Of a stretch of DNA of 64,000 nt, positions 57,412-64,000 are shown piece after piece. Numbering within the stretch: position 1 is the first letter of the stretch; every line of letters starts with the position of its first letter. The stretch lies in assembly GCA_964353865.1 (NCBI GenBank), contig CAYGXJ010000078.1, positions 1,853-65,852 of the forward strand. Direction: 5' to 3'. The notes below the pieces were generated by a model. That model saw only the letters and a list, made by a program, of their open reading frames with translations. It ran no database searches and was not told where the DNA came from. The translations under genes were made by a program, and so were the position numbers. Origin of the DNA: an uncultured Anaerolineales bacterium. GTDB lineage: Bacteria > Chloroflexota > Anaerolineae > Anaerolineales > RBG-16-64-43.

Positions 57412-57867
57412 ATGTCGTTCCTGCAAAACCATCCGGCGCTGCTCGAGACGGCCTACGACGCAACCACGCGCCTGCTGCATCCGTGGCGGCGCTGGCTGCG
57501 CCGCGGCGGGGCGACCGAGAAGCTTCTGGTCGTCGCCGAGCAGGTGGGCAAAGGCGCCATCTTCGACTGCCGCATGTGCGGCGAATGTGTGCTGCACAAC
57601 ACCGGCATGACCTGCCCGATGACCTGCCCTAAGAATATGCGCAACGGGCCGTGCGGCGGAGTGCGCCCCGACGGCCGCTGCGAAGTCCTTCCCGACCAGC
57701 CCTGCATTTGGACTGAGGCGTGGCAGCGCGCGGCGCGCATGCCCAAGTACGGCGGCGAAATCCACCTCATCCTGTCTCCGCTCGACCGCCAGCAGCAGGA
57801 CCGCTCGGCTTGGTTGAACGAACTTCTCGGCCTGCCGGATTCGGTCCCCCAGGGATGGGACGAATGA
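57412..57867 (+). CDS. metV: methylene-THF reductase C-terminal-domain protein (MetV-type Cys-rich subunit)
   Basis: CRMCGECVL...TGMTCPMTCPKNMRNGPCGG. Its stop overlaps the metF start (ATGA). Confidence 0.8.
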   Translation: MSFLQNHPALLETAYDATTRLLHPWRRWLRRGGATEKLLVVAEQVGKGAIFDCRMCGECVLHNTGMTCPMTCPKNMRNGPCGGVRPDGRCEVLPDQPCIWTEAWQRAARMPKYGGEIHLILSPLDRQQQDRSAWLNELLGLPDSVPQGWDE

Positions 57868-58823
57868 AGAGCGGCTCCCGGCTCGAGCGCGTGTTGCACT
57901 CCGGGCGATTTGCGGTGACGGCCGAGCTGAACCCGCCCGACAGCGCCGATGCGCAGGCAGTCTACGACCGCGCGTTGGTGCTGGCCTCGGTGTGCGACGC
58001 GATCAATGCCACCGATGCCTCGGGCGCCAATGTCCACATGTCGAGCGTCGGGGTGTGCGCATTGCTCACACGCGCCGGCTACGAGGCTGTGCTGCAGGTA
58101 AGCTGCCGCGACCGCAATCGCATCGCCATACAGGGCGATCTGCTGGGGGCGGCCGCCATGGGCGTGCGCAACGTGCTGTTCCTCACCGGCGACGGAGTCC
58201 AGGCTGGCGATCAGCCGCAGGCCAAGCCGGTGTTCGATCTGGATTCGATCGCTGCGCTGCGCATGGCACGCCTGATGCGCGACACGGGGCGCTTCCTTAG
58301 CGGGCGGACCCTCGAGGTGCCGCCGCGCATCTTCATGGGGGCGGCTGCCAACCCGTTTGTGCCACCGGTGAAGTTTCGCGCCCAGCACTTGGCCAAGAAA
58401 GTGGAAGCCGGGGCCGATTTCATCCAAACCCAGTACGTCTTTGACCTGGCGCGCATGCGCCAGTTCATGCGTGAAGTGTGCGATTTAGGGCTCGACCGCC
58501 GCGTCCACATTCTGGCTGGCGTGGGCCCGCTGCGCTCGGCCAAGACCGCGGAGTGGATGCGCAGCCACGTGCCGGGAGTGGTGGTGCCGGATGACGCGGT
58601 ACATCGCCTGCGCGGCGTGCCGACCGACCACCAACGCGAAGAGGGCAAACGCCTGTGCATCGAGATTATCCGTGAACTGCGCGAGATGCCTGGCATTCAT
58701 GGAGTGCATGTGATGGCCTATCGCCAGGAGGAGCTGGTGGCGGAAATCATCGAAGAAGCCGGCCTGCTCCCGCGACGGGCGGAGCCCGAAGCGACGGCGC
58801 GAGTTGAGGAGAAAGTGGCCTGA
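57864..58823 (+). CDS. metF: 5,10-methylenetetrahydrofolate reductase
   Basis: FAVTAELNPP, LQVSCRDRNR, FLTGD, KVEAGADFIQTQ. Confidence 0.88.
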   Translation: MKSGSRLERVLHSGRFAVTAELNPPDSADAQAVYDRALVLASVCDAINATDASGANVHMSSVGVCALLTRAGYEAVLQVSCRDRNRIAIQGDLLGAAAMGVRNVLFLTGDGVQAGDQPQAKPVFDLDSIAALRMARLMRDTGRFLSGRTLEVPPRIFMGAAANPFVPPVKFRAQHLAKKVEAGADFIQTQYVFDLARMRQFMREVCDLGLDRRVHILAGVGPLRSAKTAEWMRSHVPGVVVPDDAVHRLRGVPTDHQREEGKRLCIEIIRELREMPGIHGVHVMAYRQEELVAEIIEEAGLLPRRAEPEATARVEEKVA

Positions 58824-59727
58824 TGGAAACCATTCTTCGTTCGCCGGGGCGCGAAGTGCGCATTGGCCCGGCGCGGCCCTTCGTCATCATCGGTGAACGG
58901 ATCAACCCGACCAACCGCGCGCGGCTGGCGGCGGAAATGGCGGCCGGCGATTTCTCACGGGCGCGCGCGGAGGCGATTGCCCAGGTGCAAGCCGGGGCGC
59001 AGGTGCTGGATGTCAACGCGGGCATTCCGCTGGCCGACGAACCGGCCATCCTAGCCGAGGCTATCCGCGTCATCCAGGAGGCCGTCGATGTGCCGCTGCG
59101 CATCGATTCCTAGCTTGTCAAAGCGCTGGAAGCCGGTTTGGCCGCCTATCGCGGCAAACAGCTGGTCAATTCGGTGACCGGCGAGAGCGAGCGCCTGGAA
59201 GTGGTGCTGCCGCTGGTGAAGAAAAACGGCGCGGCGGTGATCGGCGTGGCCAACGACGAGGGCGGTATCTCGGAAGACATACACGTGCGTTTCGCGGTGG
59301 CACAGAAGATCGTCGAGCGCGCGGAAGCGTTCGGCATCCCGCGTGAAGACGTGCTCATCGACCCGTGGCCATGCCCATCGGCGCGGTTGCCGCCGCCGGC
59401 GTCTCGCTGTTTGCCTTGGCGCGCCGGCTGCGCGAGGAACTCGGGGTCAACACCGTGTGCGGGGCACCCAATATCTCGTTCGGCCTGCCGGATCGCGTAA
59501 TGCTGAACGGCGCCTTTCTCACCATGGCCATCGGCGCGGGCATGACCTGTGCCATCACTAATCCGCTGGAGGAGGACTTGCGCAAGTTGATCCTTGCGGC
59601 GGATGTGATGATGGCCCACGATGATAACTGCGCGTCGTGGCTCGCGGCGCAGCGACCGGCCGGCGACGGCGCGCGCGAGGAGCGTCTGGCAAGGCGCGAA
59701 CGGCGCCGGGCGCAGCAGGGCGTGTAG
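58823..59727 (+). pseudogene. pterin-binding methyl-THF:corrinoid methyltransferase (MetH pterin-module / MtgA/AcsE-like) disrupted by an in-frame TAG (59111-59113) and a 1-nt deletion near 59363
   Basis: GERINPT..., LDVNAG, PLRIDS-TAG-LVKALEAGL...QLVNSVTGE..., VLIDP then a frame change to (L)AMPIGAV...CGAPNISFGLPDR. The start overlaps the metF stop (TGATG). Confidence 0.65.
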
Positions 59728-59758
59728 CGCGCATCAAGCTGTCCTCGACAGCCAATCT

Positions 59759-59825
59759 GGAAGAGGGCATAGCACGCCTTACATTTGACCGCGCGCGAGT
59801 GGCATGCGCATGGCCCTGCGCGCGT
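59759..59825 (+). repeat. Family-B interspersed element
   Basis: GGAAGAGGGCATAGCACGCCTTACATTTGACCGCGCGCGAGTGGCATGCGCATGGCCCTGCGCGCG. See 26171-26235 and 46470-46556. Confidence 0.8.
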
Positions 59826-59908
59826 TCCACGCTGCCCGGGTGACAGCGTTGGCTCGCGGGCCACGCGGCGCGACAGGCGCGCAAGTGCCTGTGCTACACT
59901 AACCTTCG

Positions 59909-62900
59909 ATGTCCGTCGAGTACCTGCTCGGCCCCGCCGCCTCAGGCAAGACCCACGCCTGCATTGAGCGTGTGCAATCGCTTCTGGCCAAGAAGAGGCT
60001 CGCCTCGGCCTGGGTGGTTGTGCCCACGCGAACCAGCGCCACCTCCTTCCGCCGCCGGCTGGCACAATCCGGGGGCGCACTCGGCGCTACCATCCTCAGA
60101 TTCAGCGGCCTGTACGACGAGATCCTCGCCCGCGCCGGCCAGTTCATCCCGGTCGCCGATGAGGCCGTCGTTCTGCGCATGGTGCGCGCAGCGATCGATG
60201 CGCTGCACGCCGACGGCATCCTTCCCTACTACGCCCCCATCCGGCGCTCGCCGGGGTTAATTCGCGCCATGGCCGAGCACATCGCCGAATTCAAGCGGGC
60301 GATGCTGACCTCCGAGCAGCTTCAGGCGGCGCTCGTGGACGCCGCGCCGCGACTGACGGAGATGGCAGACATCTACCGCGTCTACCAGGAGGGGCTGCAG
60401 GCGCTGAGCTGGGTGGATCGCGAGGGAGCCGGCTGGCTGGCAGTGCGCGCGCTCCAGCGGCAGGCTGGCCTCCTGCGATCGGTTGACCTTCTGATCGTGG
60501 ACGGGTTCGATTCCTTCAGCCCGCTGCAACTCGAAGCGCTCACCGCGCTCGGCGAGCAGGTGGGCCTGATGGTCATCACGCTGTGCGGTGAGCCGGAGAT
60601 GAGTCGCGCCGCCTACCGGCGGTTCGAGCGCACACACCGCACCCTGACCGAACGCCTGAATCTCTCGCCGGTGATGCTCACTCCGGGCGGCCAACGGCCG
60701 ATGGCGCTTGGGCATCTTGAGCGTTACCTCTTTTCGGCGGAGGCGCCGCAAGTCGATGGCGGGACGGAGGTCGCGCTTCTCGAGGCGCAAACCCAGGCGC
60801 TGGAGGCGCGCGAGGCGCTGCGCTGGATCAAGGCACGCCTCCAGCGCGATGAGCTTAAGCCCTTCGAATGCGCGATCATCGCGCCCGACCTGCGCCCATA
60901 TCAGGCTTACCTGCGCGAGGCGGCGCGCGAGTTCGACCTGCCGGTGCGCTTCGTGCAGGGTGATGTGCTCGAGAACAACCCGGCGATCGCCTCGATCCTG
61001 GACCTTCTTCAACTTCCGCTGCTCGAATGGCCGCGACGGTTGCTGCTGAACGTCGTCTCCAGCCCGTACTTCGATCTGGGCAGTTGCCAATTGGCGCGCG
61101 ACGACGCCTGGCCGCTCGAGGAAGCCGCGCGCGCGGCTCAGGTCATCCGCGGTCTCGACCAGTGGCGGGAGGGCCTGGCAGTTCTCGCGGATGCCGCGCC
61201 GCCACCAGCCACGGATGAGGAAGACACGCCACTGCGCGCCCCATCCGGCGAGCAGGTGCGCCGCCTGGCAGCGGCGCTCGAACGGCTGGCCGAGCGCCTT
61301 CGCCCCGCGCCGGAGGCGACACTCGCCGAGCATTCACGCTGGGCGCTCGAGCGGCTCGACGATGCCGAAGGATTTGCCGTCGAGCGCCAGGTGCGCGCCG
61401 TGCCCGAGAATTCGGAGCGGGACCTGGCGGCGCTGGAGGCGCTGCGGCAGGTGCTGGACGCGCTCGTGCTCAGCGAGAAGGCGCAGCCCAACCCGCCGCG
61501 CGTCGCATATCGCGAATTCATCGACGAGTTGCGCGAGGCGGTGGGTGCCGCCACCTACCAGCCCGAGGGCGATGAGGCCTGGCGCGGTTCGCGCATATGC
61601 GTGGCGGACCTGACCCAGGCGCGCGGCGTGCCCTTCGCAGCCGTGGCCCTGCTCGGCGTGGCAGAAGGCATCTTCCCCAGGCGGCTGAGCGAGGACCCGT
61701 TCCTCACCGACAGCGACCGCGGGCAGTTGATCGAGCGCGGTCTGCGACTCGAGCCGCGCCTGCGCAGCGATCAGCAGACCGTCTTCTACGAGGCCGTCAC
61801 GCGCGCCGAGCGCTTCTTGCTTCTCACGCGGCCATACCTTTCGCCGGAAGGCGAGGCCTGGGAGCCCTCGCCCTACTGGCAAGCGCTGCGCGAAGTGGTG
61901 CGCGTCGTGCCGCAGCGCGTGCGCAGCGAAGGCTGCCTTCCGCTCTCCGAGGCGGCCTCGCGCTCCGAACTCCTGGCGCAGGCTCTACTGCGCGGCGACC
62001 TGCCCGCAGAGTACGCGGAACTCGGCGGCGAGTGGCGTCAGGCACAACATGCCCGCCGCATATTGCAGGCGCGCCTGGCGCGCGAGGCGGAGGGCGAGTT
62101 CGATGGGCAGCCGGCGGACCTCGCGCCGGTGCTGCGCCTAGCCTACGGCCCGCGGCACGTCTTCAGCCCTGGCCGGCTTGAGACCTACGCCGGCTGCAAA
62201 TTCCACTTCTTCATCCAGAAGGCGCTCGCGCTCGAAGAACTGGCCGAACCCGAAGTAGGATTCGATCCGGCGCAGTTAGGGACGATGCTGCACGAGATCC
62301 TCGAGCAGGTTTATGCGAGCGCTGGGGACGTCTCCAACCTTGAGCTGCTCCTCGAGTCGCTTGAGCCGGCGGCCGAACGAGTTTTCGCCGACGCGCCGCG
62401 GCGGCTTGGTTTTCGCCGCTCCCCATTATGGGAAGCCGAACGGGCCGGCCTGCTCGACGACCTGCGCCAGACGCTGCACGCGTTGCATGCCTACTCGACC
62501 GGATATCGCCCGGCGCGGCTCGAGGCGCGGTTCGGGATGGAGGGCGACCCGCTGCGGCTGGAGACCGCGGCGGGCGAAGTTCTGTTGCACGGGATCATCG
62601 ACCGTGTGGACGTGGATGCGCTGGGCCAGCTGCGAGTGATCGACTACAAGACCGGGTCGAGCCGGCTCGAGATGCGGGATCTTGAAGAGGGGCGCCGGCT
62701 GCAGATCACGGTTTACGGGCTTGCGGCCGAAGGCGTGCTGGGGCTGGGCCGGCTGGCCGAGGGCGTGTATTGGAAGATACGCCAGGCCGGAGCCAGCGCG
62801 CTCAAGTTGGAGGCACTCAACTATGTTTCGGAGGCGGGCAAGCACTACGCCGGCGTGAACGGCGCGGCGGACCTGGTCCGCCATTACATCGGGAATTACG

Positions 62901-63004
62901 TTGCCGGCATTCGCGCGGGCGACTTCCGCCCGCGGCCGCCGGAGGGCGGATGCCCGGCGTACTGCCCGGCGCGCCTGTTCTGCTGGCGCTATCAGCCCGC
63001 GTGA
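59909..63004 (+). CDS. addB: AddB-type helicase-nuclease subunit (PD-(D/E)XK nuclease with Fe-S cluster cysteines)
   Basis: N-terminal P-loop GPAASGKT. C-terminal nuclease GIIDRVD...VIDYKTG. Cys cluster YAGC...CPAYCPARLFC. Confidence 0.82.
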   Translation: MSVEYLLGPAASGKTHACIERVQSLLAKKRLASAWVVVPTRTSATSFRRRLAQSGGALGATILRFSGLYDEILARAGQFIPVADEAVVLRMVRAAIDALHADGILPYYAPIRRSPGLIRAMAEHIAEFKRAMLTSEQLQAALVDAAPRLTEMADIYRVYQEGLQALSWVDREGAGWLAVRALQRQAGLLRSVDLLIVDGFDSFSPLQLEALTALGEQVGLMVITLCGEPEMSRAAYRRFERTHRTLTERLNLSPVMLTPGGQRPMALGHLERYLFSAEAPQVDGGTEVALLEAQTQALEAREALRWIKARLQRDELKPFECAIIAPDLRPYQAYLREAAREFDLPVRFVQGDVLENNPAIASILDLLQLPLLEWPRRLLLNVVSSPYFDLGSCQLARDDAWPLEEAARAAQVIRGLDQWREGLAVLADAAPPPATDEEDTPLRAPSGEQVRRLAAALERLAERLRPAPEATLAEHSRWALERLDDAEGFAVERQVRAVPENSERDLAALEALRQVLDALVLSEKAQPNPPRVAYREFIDELREAVGAATYQPEGDEAWRGSRICVADLTQARGVPFAAVALLGVAEGIFPRRLSEDPFLTDSDRGQLIERGLRLEPRLRSDQQTVFYEAVTRAERFLLLTRPYLSPEGEAWEPSPYWQALREVVRVVPQRVRSEGCLPLSEAASRSELLAQALLRGDLPAEYAELGGEWRQAQHARRILQARLAREAEGEFDGQPADLAPVLRLAYGPRHVFSPGRLETYAGCKFHFFIQKALALEELAEPEVGFDPAQLGTMLHEILEQVYASAGDVSNLELLLESLEPAAERVFADAPRRLGFRRSPLWEAERAGLLDDLRQTLHALHAYSTGYRPARLEARFGMEGDPLRLETAAGEVLLHGIIDRVDVDALGQLRVIDYKTGSSRLEMRDLEEGRRLQITVYGLAAEGVLGLGRLAEGVYWKIRQAGASALKLEALNYVSEAGKHYAGVNGAADLVRHYIGNYVAGIRAGDFRPRPPEGGCPAYCPARLFCWRYQPA

Positions 63005-63008
63005 GGGC

Positions 63009-64000
63009 ATGGTGAAACGCGCATCCATTCTCGAGACGTTCGACCTGACACCCGTGCAGCGGAGCGCGCTCGAGGCGCGCGGCCGCGATGTAGTGCTCAT
63101 CGCCGGCGCCGGCTCGGGCAAGACCCGCACGCTCACCGCGCGCTACCTCTCGCTGCTTGAGGAGAACCTGGCGCCACGATCCGTGGTGGCTGTGACCTTC
63201 ACCGAGAAGGCCGCGCGCGAGATGCGCAATCGCATCCGCACGCGCGTGAACGAATGGGTGCGCGATGCACGCTCCGGCCAAGCGCGCGCTGGCTGGGCGG
63301 CGATCGAGGCGGATATCGACACTGCGCGCATCGGCACCATTCACAGCTTGTGCGCCGAGATTATCCGCGCCCATCCGGTGGAAGCCGCGGTCGATCCGGG
63401 GTTCGAAGTGCTCGAGGAGGGCTTGGCCGCGGCCTGGAAGTCGCAGGCCGTGGAGGATGCGCTGACCTGGGCCTCGGGTGAAGCCGATCTCGTGCCCGTA
63501 TTGCGCGCGTTCACACCCATGCAGCTGCGCGCCGGGCTGGCCAAACTGATCGGGTTTCGACTCGAGTCGGTCGAAGCGTTCGACGGAGTAGACCTCGTAG
63601 CCCGCTGGGACGCTGCCTTGAATGCAAGAGTGCGTGAATTCGTAGAGGGCTCAGAGGTTGTCGATGCCATAGGGCGGCTGGAGGAGCTGGAGACAGAGGG
63701 CACGCTGGAGGCCGACGCTGGCCCGAAGCTGAACGAGCAGGTACAGCAGTTGCTCGCTGAATGGCATGCGATGGGTGAGGCGCTCGCGCGCTCGAGCCTG
63801 GTGGAGGCCGCAGGGCACCTGGCGCGCATCCGCGAGGAATGCCTCAATTTGACGGTCGGAAGGAAGGCCGGCCAGGCGAAGCCTCTTGTGCGCCTGATCC
63901 GCGATCGGTACGAAGTGCAAGTGGAGCGCTGGCTGGGTCGGGTCAAGGACCCCCAGGCGCTGGAACATGCAGAGGAGTCGCTTCGCGCGCTCGTGCCAGG
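63009..64000 (+). CDS. addA: AddA/UvrD-family helicase-nuclease subunit (5' partial, runs off the window)
   Basis: My own translation from ATG 63009: MVKRASILETFDLTPVQRSALEARGRDVVLIAGAGSGKTRTLTARY...AVTFTEKAAREMRNRI...IGTIHSLCAEI. No stop before 64000. Absent from the ORF track because it is open-ended. Confidence 0.85.
   Translation, partial: MVKRASILETFDLTPVQRSALEARGRDVVLIAGAGSGKTRTLTARYLSLLEENLAPRSVVAVTFTEKAAREMRNRIRTRVNEWVRDARSGQARAGWAAIEADIDTARIGTIHSLCAEIIRAHPVEAAVDPGFEVLEEGLAAAWKSQAVEDALTWASGEADLVPVLRAFTPMQLRAGLAKLIGFRLESVEAFDGVDLVARWDAALNARVREFVEGSEVVDAIGRLEELETEGTLEADAGPKLNEQVQQLLAEWHAMGEALARSSLVEAAGHLARIREECLNLTVGRKAGQAKPLVRLIRDRYEVQVERWLGRVKDPQALEHAEESLRALVP

Noticed and set aside
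59111-59113. In-frame TAG in the pterin-binding methyltransferase read as a pyrrolysine codon, tempting because an MttB-family gene is nearby.
   Set aside because: The MttB homolog here has no in-frame TAG (non-Pyl type) and no pyl genes are in the window. The same gene also carries a frameshift, so a nonsense lesion or sequencing error is more parsimonious. Only a whole-genome pylTSBCD search could reopen this.

Overview
This is a high-GC bacterial chromosomal segment (roughly two-thirds G+C by eye, not computed). It is densely coding: about 50 credible CDS and 2 tRNAs (Leu-GAG, Asp-GTC). I saw no rRNA, CRISPR array, transposase or integrase. My impression is a Chloroflexota-like or other high-GC Terrabacteria genome, but I cannot verify that here. 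Many long ORFs in the six-frame track are antisense or alternate-frame shadows of real genes and were ignored. Several real genes start well inside the listed ORFs, so I trimmed those starts to an ATG/GTG with an RBS or an ATGA overlap.

Content in order:
- psuG-psuK, an ADP-forming acyl-CoA synthetase, an HD-like protein, a BNR-repeat lipoprotein and a GPH/MFS symporter.
- A fused EtfB-EtfA, a broken SAM methyltransferase, a thioredoxin-fold protein and a TolB-like membrane protein.
- typA, dnaE, a PPi-type phosphofructokinase and a polysaccharide-deacetylase-like lipoprotein.
- A helical protein plus an SPFH-HTH protein, then arsR-arsM.
- plsX-fabF-NERD, tRNA-Leu and an amino-acid ABC transporter.
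- A HAD-DinB fusion, a Cys-rich small protein, efp, a HIT protein and a decayed MtaB-like remnant.
- Lipoproteins, a two-subunit CoA-transferase, PBP2, an acyl-CoA dehydrogenase and an LmbE-like deacetylase.
- Two tandem PflX-like radical-SAM paralogs, then tRNA-Asp.
- A GntR-controlled corrinoid methyl-transfer operon, then addB-addA (addA runs off the window).

Most interesting observations:
1. At 50.2-59.7 kb, a translationally coupled operon joins a non-pyrrolysine MttB-family methyltransferase, a RACo/RamA-type activase and a corrinoid protein to a stand-alone homocysteine methyltransferase, DUF1638, a small WRDIPAQV protein, MetV/MetF and a pterin-binding methyltransferase. Together these are all MetH modules as separate proteins plus an alternative methyl donor.
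2. The pterin-binding module carries an in-frame TAG and a 1-nt deletion.
3. One of the two tandem PflX-like paralogs has lost all three CX3CX2C cysteines.
4. Three families of short interspersed repeats form mosaic islands in at least six intergenic regions.
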